From Gemmatimonadaceae bacterium (GTDB lineage Bacteria; Gemmatimonadota; Gemmatimonadetes; Gemmatimonadales; Gemmatimonadaceae): 40,567 bases of DNA. Numbering within the stretch: position 1 is the first letter of the stretch; each line of letters starts with the position of its first letter. This document shows, in pieces, positions 1 to 8,480 of this stretch. The stretch covers positions 1-40,567 of the forward strand of contig JANRJP010000139.1 in NCBI GenBank assembly GCA_033763905.1. Reading direction: 5' to 3'. The position numbers and the translations under genes are program-made. The notes below the pieces were generated by a model. That model was not told where the DNA came from, ran no database searches, and saw nothing but the letters and a program-made list of their open reading frames with translations.

Positions 1-408
1 GCGTGCCGCGCCGCGGCCGGCCCAGGCATCCGCATTGAAGATGGGTTGCTCGACGACGAGCCCGGCGCTGTAGTTCGAGACGGGCGCGGGGAAGTTGAGG
101 GCGTTGGGGTCGAAGGCTGCGGGAGTGACCCCACGTTGGCGCAGGGTGGTGCCGAAGGCGCCGATCGGATCGGTGGTACGGACGGCGGCCAGCTCGACGC
201 GCGCCGAGGGCGCGATGCCAGCGGTCGGGGCCAAGGTGCGGGCCTGGGCCGCATCGGCGGCAGCTCGGGCCATTCGGCTGCCGTACCCGGTCGCCCGGGC
301 AGCGGCGACAAGCTCCCGGAGCGTGGTCTGGGCCAACAGGGGCGTGACCAGGGGCGGGAGCAGGGCCAGCCCGGCGACGAGCGAACGAAGAGACGGTGGG
401 GCGATCAT
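1..408 (-). CDS. TolC-family outer-membrane efflux protein, N-terminal part (runs off the window edge)
   Basis: Not in the ORF track because it is truncated. Hand translation from ATG 408: MIAPPSLRSLVAGLALLPPLVTPLLAQTTLRELVAAARATG...TTDPIGAFGTTLRQR...NYSAGLVVEQPIFNADAW. Signal peptide, LxELVxxA helix and a QPIFN strand resemble TolC/OEP proteins. Confidence 0.7.
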   Translation of the reverse strand, partial: MIAPPSLRSLVAGLALLPPLVTPLLAQTTLRELVAAARATGYGSRMARAAADAAQARTLAPTAGIAPSARVELAAVRTTDPIGAFGTTLRQRGVTPAAFDPNALNFPAPVSNYSAGLVVEQPIFNADAWAGRGAAR

Positions 409-423
409 TGGACGCAGGGGAAT

Positions 424-459
424 AGATTGCCATATAGCTATTTAGTTATACGGCGATCT
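424..459. promoter_or_regulatory. AT-rich inverted repeat, candidate ArsR/SmtB-type operator
   Basis: AGATTGCCATATAGCTA-TT-TAGTTATACGGCGATCT is a 17-2-17 dyad with 3 mismatches, 15 nt upstream of the TolC start. Confidence 0.6.
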
Positions 460-484
460 GCAAGCCCCGCCCCCCCCGAACGCG

Positions 485-523
485 CGAAGGGGACACCACC
501 GGTTACCGGTCGTGTCCCCTTCG
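485..523 (-). terminator. GC-rich hairpin downstream of the 553..840 gene
   Basis: CGAAGGGGACAC pairs with GTGTCCCCTTCG; inner stem ACCGG-TTA-CCGGT. No clear U tract on the minus strand. Confidence 0.6.
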
Positions 524-552
524 TCTCTTGACCGCCGAACCGCAGCCGCGCC

Positions 553-840
553 TTAGCGGAACCCCTTTTCGATCATCAGCCGCGACAGCACCGCGTCGTT
601 GTCGGCGTGCGGTCGCAACTGCTCCAACACTTCGTCGTCTGTCGTGCCTTCCACCAGCAACAAGGGCGGTGGCGTGCCAACCCCGCGCGACTGACGCGGC
701 GACGAGGCGCGGCGGTCCACTTCGAGCACGGCCACGACGGGCATCTGCCCTTCGGTGGAGGTACGGCGGACCCGAACGGCCGGGCCGGCGGGCATAAATC
801 GCTCGTACAAGACGGCGCCGGGGTATTCTGCGTCGGTCAT
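553..840 (-). CDS. Hypothetical protein (95 aa)
   Basis: Protein-like composition (MTDAEYPGAVLYERFMPAGPAVRVRR...VLEVDRR), unlike the Arg/Ala-rich shadow ORFs; followed by a hairpin. Confidence 0.7.
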   Translation of the reverse strand: MTDAEYPGAVLYERFMPAGPAVRVRRTSTEGQMPVVAVLEVDRRASSPRQSRGVGTPPPLLLVEGTTDDEVLEQLRPHADNDAVLSRLMIEKGFR

Positions 841-929
841 TGGCTCAAAAAAGTCCTATGTTCCGCGCCGCGCGGCAAGTCCCTCCCCCGCTGGCGTTGG
901 GGAGCACGTTCTGCCTGATTTCGGTCACT

Positions 930-2435
930 GTGACTGCGGCCCTCCTATCGCACTTGGCGCTGTGGCTCGCGACGGCAACGTTGCCCGCCCAGACCACCAC
1001 CACCCAGCGACCGGCCCCCAAGCGCCCCGCCGTGAGTCGGCCAGCCGCGAAACGGCCAGCGGCACCGCCGACGCGGAGCGCCCGCGCCAAAACCGCCGCC
1101 CCGCGCACGCCTCGCCCCAGTCCGCCGCTCGCCTCGGCGCCGACCGCTGCCGCACCCGCCAGCGCTCCGATCGATCCGGCCTTCGTCGCGCTCGATCGCG
1201 CGCTGCCTGCCGCCGGCGGACGCATCGCCGCGCACCAGCTGCTCGCGGCAGGCGATTCTTCCTTCGTGCATCTGGCGCTGCGGTTCGGCGATCCAATCGC
1301 CCTCTCGGGCCGCACCGCCGAGGTCGCCGTGCTGCGTCACGTCCTCGCCACGCGATTGGGTCGCGGCTCGGAAGGCGCGGCCCAGATGCTGGGCCCCGGC
1401 GACCCGTGGCAACTCGGCACCGACACGCCCGGCGCCTTGGCGATCGACGTCGCCACGCAGACGGCGCTGCTGACGGTCACCGTGCGCGCGGTGATCGAGC
1501 AGGTCCGGGTCCCGCTTGGCGACGCTGAAGTCACCGACGCGATCGACCAGCTCTTCCGACGCCTGCTCGACCGACGCCGCGATGCCACCGCCGCGATGTT
1601 CGCCGAAGCCGCGCGAATGGCGCAACCGTACCCGGCGGATCACCCGCGCCACGTGCCTGAGTCGCGCTCCCTGCCGAACTGGTACGCACGGGTCCGCACG
1701 GCCGAGGTGCGGCAGTTGCATGAGCAACTCCGCCGAGCCGAACTCCGCGCCGCGGTCGTCAGCGGTCGTGATGCCGCGCAAGCTCAGCGCGAGGTCACCC
1801 GTGCGACCGCCGACTGGACCTCGGTGACGGCGACGCGCATTCCCGAAATGTTTTCGCCGCCGCAGGGCGAGCGCCGCACCGTGGTGCTGGACGAGGCCGG
1901 CTGGACAGGCATCGCGCTGGTACAGTCGGTGCCGATTCGTCTCGACGACCCGGATTGGCTGCCGCTCCGACTGGCCGCTTGGATGCTGGGCGGCAGTCCG
2001 ACCGCCCGACGGTTCGCGCCATCGAGTCCGGGCGTCTTGGGCGGCGGGGCAGCCTTCGACGCCGCGATGGCAGACCGCGCCGGTGTCTTCGTGCTTTGGG
2101 GCGCCGCCAGTCCCGCCGCGGCTCGCCCGGTCGAGCAGCAGTGGCGGGCACTGCTTGGCGCCGCCTTGCGCGACGGCTTCACCGATGCCGAAGTTGCGGC
2201 GGCCGCCACCGAGTGGCTGGCGGCGCGGGCGGCATCGCGCGAGTCGCCCCGCGCGGTCGCCCGTCAACTCGTGGCGCGTCTCGACGCTGGGCAGACGTTC
2301 GCCGGCTGGGACGCGGTCATCGAGGCGCGGGCGCGAACTCTGACCGGCCGAGCGGTGTCTGACGCCGTACGGCGTCAGCTCGACCCGGACCGGTTCGCCG
2401 TCGTCGAGGCGGGACTTCCCGCCGCGATGCCGTAG
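930..2435 (+). CDS. M16 peptidase-like protein, non-catalytic (C-terminal half only), probably exported
   Basis: No HxxEH motif. Collinear similarity to the C-terminal half of the next gene (PYPADHP/PYPKGHP; DPDWLPLRLAAWMLGGSP/DPEWVALRVANFVFGESP). Start uncertain: the ORF opens at 840, and GTG 930 precedes a hydrophobic signal-like stretch and a Pro/Ala/Lys linker. Confidence 0.7.
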   Translation: MTAALLSHLALWLATATLPAQTTTTQRPAPKRPAVSRPAAKRPAAPPTRSARAKTAAPRTPRPSPPLASAPTAAAPASAPIDPAFVALDRALPAAGGRIAAHQLLAAGDSSFVHLALRFGDPIALSGRTAEVAVLRHVLATRLGRGSEGAAQMLGPGDPWQLGTDTPGALAIDVATQTALLTVTVRAVIEQVRVPLGDAEVTDAIDQLFRRLLDRRRDATAAMFAEAARMAQPYPADHPRHVPESRSLPNWYARVRTAEVRQLHEQLRRAELRAAVVSGRDAAQAQREVTRATADWTSVTATRIPEMFSPPQGERRTVVLDEAGWTGIALVQSVPIRLDDPDWLPLRLAAWMLGGSPTARRFAPSSPGVLGGGAAFDAAMADRAGVFVLWGAASPAAARPVEQQWRALLGAALRDGFTDAEVAAAATEWLAARAASRESPRAVARQLVARLDAGQTFAGWDAVIEARARTLTGRAVSDAVRRQLDPDRFAVVEAGLPAAMP

Positions 2436-2525
2436 TTTCGCCCGACCGCCGCGACACTTCGCGGTGGGATCTGCCGTACATCGTATCGCTCGCTGTAGCC
2501 CGGACTCCCCTCCACAGGAACCCGA

Positions 2526-5324
2526 ATGCGCTCGTTGCGTCTGACGCCGCTTGCCCTGCTCGCGGCCCCCGCTCTGCTCACGCTGTCGGCGCCCGCGGCG
2601 TCGGCACAGGCCGCCCGCGCCGCCGCACCGCGCGCGGTGAAGGGCCCCACGGTCGAAGGCATTACGGAGTACCGCCTGCCCAACGGGCTCAAGGTGCTGC
2701 TTGTCCCCGACGTGTCGAAGCCGACCGTCACGGTGAACCTCACGATTCTAGCCGGCAGCAAGCACGAAGGCTTCGGCGAAACCGGGATGGCGCACTTGCT
2801 CGAGCATATGGTGTTCAAGGGCTCCCCGCGGCACCCGAACATCCCGAAGGAACTCAATGACCGCGGCGCCGGCTGGAACGGCACCACGTGGTACGATCGC
2901 ACCAACTACTACGAGACGGTGAAGGCCACGCCCGAGAACCTCGATTGGGCGCTCGACCTCGAAGCCGACCGTTTCGTCAACTCGTTTATGCGCGAGTCAG
3001 ACCTCAAGAGCGAATTCACCGTCGTCCGCAACGAATTCGAAGCGGGGGAGAACTCGCCGTTCCGCATCCTCTGGCAGCGCGTCTTCGCCACCGCCTATGA
3101 GTGGCACAACTACGGCAAGAGCACGATCGGCAACCGCGCCGACCTCGAGAACGTGCCGATCGACCGTCTGCGCGCCTTCTACAAGAAGTACTACCAGCCC
3201 GACAACGCACTCCTCGTCGTGGCCGGCAAGTTCGACGAGGCGGCGGCGCTGCGGCTGATCGAGCAGAAGTTCGGCCGCATCCCCAAGCCGGTGCGCTCGC
3301 TCGAGCGCGGCAACCTGCTCTTCGCGTCGTACACGCAGGAACCGACGCAGGACGGTGAGCGCGAAGTCTCGCTCCGTCGCGTGGGCGACGTGCAGATGGC
3401 CATGGCGGCGTACCACATCCCCGCCGGCACGCACCCGGATTTCCCGGCCCTCGACGTCCTCGGCGAAGTCCTCGGCGCGGAAGTGAGCGGCCGCCTGTAC
3501 AAGGCGCTGGTCGAACCCAAGCTCGCCACGAACGTCGGCACGTGGACGTTCCAGCTGCGTGAGCCGGGGATGATGATGGCGTTCACCGAACTCCGGAAGG
3601 AACAGTCGCTCGACTCGGCCCGCGCGGTGCTGCTCAAGACGATCGAGTCCTTCACGACCACGCCGCCGACGCAGGCCGAAGTCGACCAGGCCAAGACCAA
3701 GCTGCTCAAGGACATCGACCTCGGCCTCAACAACTCCGATCAGGTCGGCGTCGCGCTCAGCGACTGGGCCGCGATGGGCGACTGGCGCTTCCAGTTCATT
3801 CATCGGGACCGGATCAAGGCCGTCACGCCCGCCGATGTGCAGCGCGTGGCGCAGGCGTACCTGATGAGCAGCAACCGCACGCTCGGCCTCTTCCACCCGA
3901 CGCCGTCGCCGGTGCGCGCCGAGGTGCCGCTGACGCCGGACTTCTCGCGCATCGTCGCCGAGTACAAGGGCACCGAAACCCGCGAAGTCGGTGAAGCCTG
4001 GGATCCCGCGCCGACGGCGATCGACGCGCGCGTGAAGAAGTCGGCGCTCGCGAACGGGATGCGCGTGCAGTTCCTCGAGCGCAAGACGCGCGGTGGCGTG
4101 GTGCACGCGATGGTGGAACTCCGGATGGGCACGGAGACCTCGCTGCAGAAGATGGGCGCGGTCGGGTCGGCCGCGGCCTCGATGCTCGAGCGCGGGACGG
4201 CGAAGCGCTCGCGTCAGGAGATCAAGGAGTCCTTCGACAAGCTCAAGGCGCGCGTCTTCTTCGGCGGCGGGGCGGCGAGTGCGGTCGCGCGCATCGAAAC
4301 GACGCGCGAGAACCTCGTGCCCGTGCTGCAACTCGTCGGCGAAGTGATGCGCACGCCGTCGTTCCCGGCCGAGGAGTTCGAGAAGTTCAAGCAGGAACAG
4401 TTGGCCCAGCTCGAGCAGGCCAAGTCGGATCCGCAGTCGTTGGCGTTCACCGCCGCGTCGAAGGCGCTGTCGCCGTACCCCAAGGGCCACCCGCTCTACG
4501 CCAACTCGATCGACGAGTCGATCGCCGAGATCTCGGCGATGACGCTCGCCGACGTGAAGGCGTTCCACGCGCGCTTCTACGGCGCGCAGGCGGGTGACGT
4601 CGCGGTCGCTGGCGACTTCGACGCCGCCGCGGCGCGCGGCGCCATCACTGCGGCCTTCGGCGACTGGAAGTCGAATGAACCGTACCGCCGCATCGTGCAG
4701 CGGACGATTGCGCCGGTGGCGGCCGACACGAAGATCGAAACGCCGGACAAGCAGATGGCGGTGTTCATCGCCGCGCAGCCGCTCAAGCTGCGCTCGATGG
4801 ACCCCGAGTGGGTGGCGCTGCGCGTGGCAAACTTCGTCTTCGGCGAGTCGCCGCTGTCGGATCGCGTCGGGACGCGCTTGCGCCAGAAGGAAGGCCTGTC
4901 GTACGGCGCCGGTGCGATGATGGACACCGAGATGCAGGATTCCTCGGGCTCGCATATGGCCTTCGCGATCTACGCGCCGCAGAACGCCGAGCGCCTGGCC
5001 GCCGCGTACAAGGAGGAACTGGAGCGCGCGCGGACGCAGGGCTTCACCGACGAGGAGATCGCCAAGGCAAAGGAATCGTTCCTCGAAACGCGCTTCCAGC
5101 AGCGGACCGAGAACGGCAACCTGCCGGGGATGATGGTGCTTCGCGCCGACAACGGCCTGACCTTCGCGAACTGGGACGGCGCGATTGAAACGGCCGTGCG
5201 AAAGCTCACCACGGCCGACGTGAACGCCGCCTTCAAGAAGTACGTCACGGCCGACAAGGTCACCTTCATCTCGGCGGGTGACTTCGAGGGCGCCAAGAAG
5301 AAGAACGCCACCGTGAAGCCCTGA
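2526..5324 (+). CDS. M16 family zinc metallopeptidase (PqqL/pitrilysin-like), exported
   Basis: Signal peptide, YRLPNGLKVLL, GMAHLLEHMVFKG (HxxEH), NGTTWYDRTNYYE, VVRNEFE, second LANGMRV repeat; AGGA ribosome-binding site upstream. Confidence 0.95.
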   Translation: MRSLRLTPLALLAAPALLTLSAPAASAQAARAAAPRAVKGPTVEGITEYRLPNGLKVLLVPDVSKPTVTVNLTILAGSKHEGFGETGMAHLLEHMVFKGSPRHPNIPKELNDRGAGWNGTTWYDRTNYYETVKATPENLDWALDLEADRFVNSFMRESDLKSEFTVVRNEFEAGENSPFRILWQRVFATAYEWHNYGKSTIGNRADLENVPIDRLRAFYKKYYQPDNALLVVAGKFDEAAALRLIEQKFGRIPKPVRSLERGNLLFASYTQEPTQDGEREVSLRRVGDVQMAMAAYHIPAGTHPDFPALDVLGEVLGAEVSGRLYKALVEPKLATNVGTWTFQLREPGMMMAFTELRKEQSLDSARAVLLKTIESFTTTPPTQAEVDQAKTKLLKDIDLGLNNSDQVGVALSDWAAMGDWRFQFIHRDRIKAVTPADVQRVAQAYLMSSNRTLGLFHPTPSPVRAEVPLTPDFSRIVAEYKGTETREVGEAWDPAPTAIDARVKKSALANGMRVQFLERKTRGGVVHAMVELRMGTETSLQKMGAVGSAAASMLERGTAKRSRQEIKESFDKLKARVFFGGGAASAVARIETTRENLVPVLQLVGEVMRTPSFPAEEFEKFKQEQLAQLEQAKSDPQSLAFTAASKALSPYPKGHPLYANSIDESIAEISAMTLADVKAFHARFYGAQAGDVAVAGDFDAAAARGAITAAFGDWKSNEPYRRIVQRTIAPVAADTKIETPDKQMAVFIAAQPLKLRSMDPEWVALRVANFVFGESPLSDRVGTRLRQKEGLSYGAGAMMDTEMQDSSGSHMAFAIYAPQNAERLAAAYKEELERARTQGFTDEEIAKAKESFLETRFQQRTENGNLPGMMVLRADNGLTFANWDGAIETAVRKLTTADVNAAFKKYVTADKVTFISAGDFEGAKKKNATVKP

Positions 5325-5342
5325 GCGCACGCGGTGGTCCGA

Positions 5343-5382
5343 CACACGGGGGGCGTCGCCGATCGGCGGCGCCCCCCGTGTG
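5343..5382. terminator. Hairpin between convergent genes, probable bidirectional terminator
   Basis: CACACGGGGGGCGTCGCC-GATC-GGCGGCGCCCCCCGTGTG, an 18-bp stem with one G-T pair. Confidence 0.75.
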
Positions 5383-5392
5383 CGTGTCGCCC

Positions 5393-5881
5393 TCAGGGGC
5401 GTCGAGGGCGCGTACCGCGCACAGCAATGGTCGTCGCGACGCCGAGCAACCCTACGCCGATCAGCGGCATAATCAGCGTGAGGGCACCGAACCACCCGAA
5501 GAAGCTGTGCGTCCCCCCGGCGACGCGCACACGCCGCGGGGCTGCGGAATCCACCTCCAGCGCGACTCGAGCTCCGGGCTGACGGACCGCCTCCTGAAAG
5601 GTCTTGTCGATTGTGAGCAGGTCGCCGTCGTACGACTGCCCCGCGACCACGTAGCGGTATCGGACGCGCGTGGCTTGGCGGCGGCTGATGCGCACCCCCT
5701 CCGCCATCTCAACGGCGACGACGTCACCGTTGACCGCCAACAGTCGCCGCTCGATCGCGATGTCGGTTGGCAGTCCCCAGCAGAACACTGTCGCAATCAC
5801 GCCGCCGATCAGCAGAAACAGCAGGCCGGTGTTGGCAAGCAGAGAGGCGCCGGCATTGCGGCGGAACCCGCGCAGTGGCAT
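5393..5881 (-). CDS. DUF3592-like membrane protein
   Basis: Two transmembrane segments flanking a beta-rich domain (VNGDVV...VRYRYVVAGQSYDG...VALEVDSAAP). Confidence 0.65.
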   Translation of the reverse strand: MPLRGFRRNAGASLLANTGLLFLLIGGVIATVFCWGLPTDIAIERRLLAVNGDVVAVEMAEGVRISRRQATRVRYRYVVAGQSYDGDLLTIDKTFQEAVRQPGARVALEVDSAAPRRVRVAGGTHSFFGWFGALTLIMPLIGVGLLGVATTIAVRGTRPRRP

Positions 5882-5890
5882 TCCGGGATG

Positions 5891-6235
5891 CTACTGCTGG
5901 CCGAGTCGATGAAACACCGCATCCTCGACGACGCGTCCGCCCTTCAGGTGTTCGACGACGATGCGCTCAAGCAGCTCCGGCGTCACGCCAGCGTACCAGA
6001 CGCCTTCCGGGTACACGACCAGGATCGGCCCGCCCGCGCAGACGCCAAGGCAGGGCGTCTCGCCGCGCTTCACGCGGCGCGGGCCGAAGAGCAGACCCTC
6101 GCGCTGGAGCAGCGACGCGAGCAGGGAATACACCTGCCGTCCGCGACGATCCGGCGAGCAATAGCCGCCGGTGCACACGACGACGTGATGCGCGTAGGGC
6201 TCGAGCTGCGCGGGGAGGTGCTCGTAGGAGGGCAT
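5891..6235 (-). CDS. Thioredoxin-like [2Fe-2S] ferredoxin (114 aa)
   Basis: HVVVCTGGYC...TPCLGVCAGGPILVVYPEGVWYAGVTPE...IVVEHL; start moved to ATG 6235, just after the upstream gene's stop. Confidence 0.9.
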   Translation of the reverse strand: MPSYEHLPAQLEPYAHHVVVCTGGYCSPDRRGRQVYSLLASLLQREGLLFGPRRVKRGETPCLGVCAGGPILVVYPEGVWYAGVTPELLERIVVEHLKGGRVVEDAVFHRLGQQ

Positions 6236-6243
6236 CGGGGCGG

Positions 6244-7389
6244 TCAGCGAATCAGGGCCAGCACAAGTTCCAGCACGATCAGCACGACGATCGAGACTTC
6301 GAGCGCTTCGCCGCGCGCGGCCTGTGCCTCGGCGTTGAGCATCGCGTAGGTCTCGCGGAGAATCACGAGCTTGCGGTCGATGCCGGCCCGCCACGCGCGC
6401 CCACGGAAGATTTCGAGCGCCGAGCCGTAGACCCGCGCGAGATACACGTCGTCGGTGACCTTGAGCGCGTTGTCCACCCGCTCGGTGATCTCGGTGGCGT
6501 CGGCCACGAGGCGCTGGAGATCGCCGAGCAGATCGGCGTAGCGCCGCGTGAATCGGCGGACCAATCCGCCGCGACGCGCCTGCGCCATTCGTTCCAGCAC
6601 GATGCGGAGTTCGGCGTCCAGCCGGTCGTCGAAGTAGCGCAGCTCCAGCAACTGCGCGTTCGCGAACTCCAGGATGTAGCTCACCGCGTCGTCGTCGCGA
6701 CGCGGCTCGAGCACGAGCGCGTTGTCCCAGGTGAGAATCGCGAGATCGTCCGCGTAGTACGAGAACCGATGCGGGAGCAGGTCGGCGCGAGCCTGCGGCG
6801 AGAGCGGTCGCGACTCGTCGAGCAGCAGCGGCACCACTTCGGTGTCGAGGAGCGCGGCCGGCTCCACCGCGGCGCCGTCTGCCGTGGTCAGCGCGTGCAG
6901 GCGGAAGACGATGTAATCCTCACGGACCGGCGCGAGCTCCGGGCGCAGGATCGCGGAGGCGATGCGGCTGCTCAGGAGCCGCAGATGCTCCTCAAGGAGC
7001 GCGGGCACGGCCGGGTTGCCGTGCAGCGCTCGACCGAAGGCGGTAAATGCGTCCCACGACAGCCCGTCGGGGACGGGGACGCGCAGCCGCAGCGATGCCA
7101 CGCCGAACTCGAAGATCCGGGCCGAGATGTCCACGTCGACCGGACGGCCGTCGAGCACGAGTTGCTCGTTGCCGAGCGCGACGGTCACCGGCGGGTTCGG
7201 GATCTGCAGGGCCGCCGCTTCGCCGCGAATCGGCCGCACGCGCTCGGGGGCGCTGGCCCGCAGCAGTTCCAGCGCGCGCTCCAAGTCGATCTGCCAGCCG
7301 ATGTCGTACAGCCGGTAGAGCACGCACGCGCCGGAGACGAGACGCTGAGGCTGCTCGATATGGCTCACCTGTGGAATATCGCTCGCCAC
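6244..7389 (-). CDS. Hypothetical protein with C-terminal membrane anchor (possibly DUF155/RMD1-like)
   Basis: Clearly protein-like (YDIGWQIDL, ILEFANAQLLELRYFDDRLD, DVYLARVY) with a C-terminal LEVSIVVLIVLEL helix; family assignment tentative, start could be GTG 7368. Confidence 0.7.
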   Translation of the reverse strand: MASDIPQVSHIEQPQRLVSGACVLYRLYDIGWQIDLERALELLRASAPERVRPIRGEAAALQIPNPPVTVALGNEQLVLDGRPVDVDISARIFEFGVASLRLRVPVPDGLSWDAFTAFGRALHGNPAVPALLEEHLRLLSSRIASAILRPELAPVREDYIVFRLHALTTADGAAVEPAALLDTEVVPLLLDESRPLSPQARADLLPHRFSYYADDLAILTWDNALVLEPRRDDDAVSYILEFANAQLLELRYFDDRLDAELRIVLERMAQARRGGLVRRFTRRYADLLGDLQRLVADATEITERVDNALKVTDDVYLARVYGSALEIFRGRAWRAGIDRKLVILRETYAMLNAEAQAARGEALEVSIVVLIVLELVLALIR

Positions 7390-7437
7390 CCGTCCGGGTG
7401 GGTCGCTTATCCGTCACAGCCGCGGGAGTGAGCCGCT

Positions 7438-7462
7438 CACAGTGAGTGATCTTGTCGGGTAT
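7438..7462. promoter_or_regulatory. Candidate IscR type-1-like (Rrf2) operator
   Basis: Reverse complement ATACCCGACAAGATCACTCACTGTG matches 17 of the first 20 positions of the IscR type-1 consensus ATASYYGACTRWWWYAGTCRRSTAT (recalled); lies between divergent genes. Confidence 0.5.
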
Positions 7463-7562
7463 TTCCTGACTATCGCCCCCCGGTCCCGGGGGTATCGTCA
7501 GCCATTAGGACCGCCGGTCCGCATTCTGCGGAGCTGGCGGGAACGACCTGAACGGGGCACCC

Positions 7563-8018
7563 ATGCGACTCACGCGATTCACCGACAACGCGCTTCGGTG
7601 CCTGATCTATCTCGGTCTGACCGAGACCGACCCCACCCCGGCCTCCCATATCGCGCAAACGATGGGGATGTCCGAGGATCATCTCGTCAAAGTGGTCCAG
7701 CGTCTGGCCCACCTGGGGTATGTCCGGACCCTGCGCGGTCGTGGCGGCGGCATCCGGCTGGCGATGCAGCCCGAGGCGATCAACATCGGGCAGGTCGTGC
7801 GTGCCACCGAGGACAACCTCTGCATCGCGACCTGCTTCGACAAGTCGTCTCACGCCTGCCCGATTGCGTCGGCGTGTATGCTGGCGGGGTCACTCGATGC
7901 CGCGCTCCGTGCGTTCCTCGCCGAGCTCGACAAGCGCACGTTGGCGGACCTGCTCGCGCCGCGACGCCAGCTCAGCGAACTCGTGGAGACCTCCGCGGCG
8001 ATGAGCGCGACGGCCTGA
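7563..8018 (+). CDS. nsrR: Rrf2 family transcriptional regulator, NsrR-like
   Basis: MRLTRFTDNALRCLIYL, SEDHLVKVV, RGRGGGIRLA and three Fe-S cysteines in CFDKSSHACPIASAC. Confidence 0.85.
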   Translation: MRLTRFTDNALRCLIYLGLTETDPTPASHIAQTMGMSEDHLVKVVQRLAHLGYVRTLRGRGGGIRLAMQPEAINIGQVVRATEDNLCIATCFDKSSHACPIASACMLAGSLDAALRAFLAELDKRTLADLLAPRRQLSELVETSAAMSATA

Positions 8019-8066
8019 CCGAGTCGCTAGCTTTCGCGCACTCACCACAACGCGCGGAGCCGACTC

Positions 8067-8480
8067 GTGGCCAAAGCCCCTTCGAAGGTCAACGTGGAAT
8101 GGATCGGCGGGCACGCCTTTGACGGCGGTCGCCCCGGCGGTCCGACCATTCGGATCGACGGCGACGGCGTGCAGGGCCCCTCGCCGGTCGACACCCTGCT
8201 GATCGCGCTGGCGGGGTGCACCGGCTACGACATCGTGGACATCCTCGAGAAGCGGCGCACACCGCTCTCGGCCCTGCGGATCCGCGTCCACGGCGACCGG
8301 TTCGATGGTGTCCCGGGTCGCGTGATCAAGATCAAGCTGGAGTACGAGCTCGAGGGCGCCGGCATCGATCCCACGCACGCCGAGCGGGCGATCGAACTGG
8401 CGGTCAACAAGTACTGCTCGGTGAAGGACACGCTCGATCCGGCGATGCCGGTCGAGTATTCGTTCACGATCGCGGGGTGA
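8067..8480 (+). CDS. OsmC family protein (YhfA-like)
   Basis: GPSPVDTLLIALAGCTGYDIVDILEKRR...AIELAVNKYCSVKDTL; GGAG upstream. Confidence 0.9.
   Translation: MAKAPSKVNVEWIGGHAFDGGRPGGPTIRIDGDGVQGPSPVDTLLIALAGCTGYDIVDILEKRRTPLSALRIRVHGDRFDGVPGRVIKIKLEYELEGAGIDPTHAERAIELAVNKYCSVKDTLDPAMPVEYSFTIAG

Noticed and set aside
46..531. Plus-strand ORFs 46..531 and 95..445
   Set aside because: Antisense to the truncated TolC-like gene, which has the recognisable motifs.
2997..5495. Long antisense ORFs such as 2997..5495, 8225..10468, 16354..18501, 28536..31061
   Set aside because: Shadow frames opposite highly codon-biased GC-rich genes; Arg/Ala/Gly-rich with no motifs.
7390..7562. Canonical NsrR box; small palindromes GTGAGCCGCTCAC and CCCCCGGTCCCGGGGG
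   Set aside because: No AT-rich GATG...CATC dyad is visible, and short GC palindromes are expected by chance.
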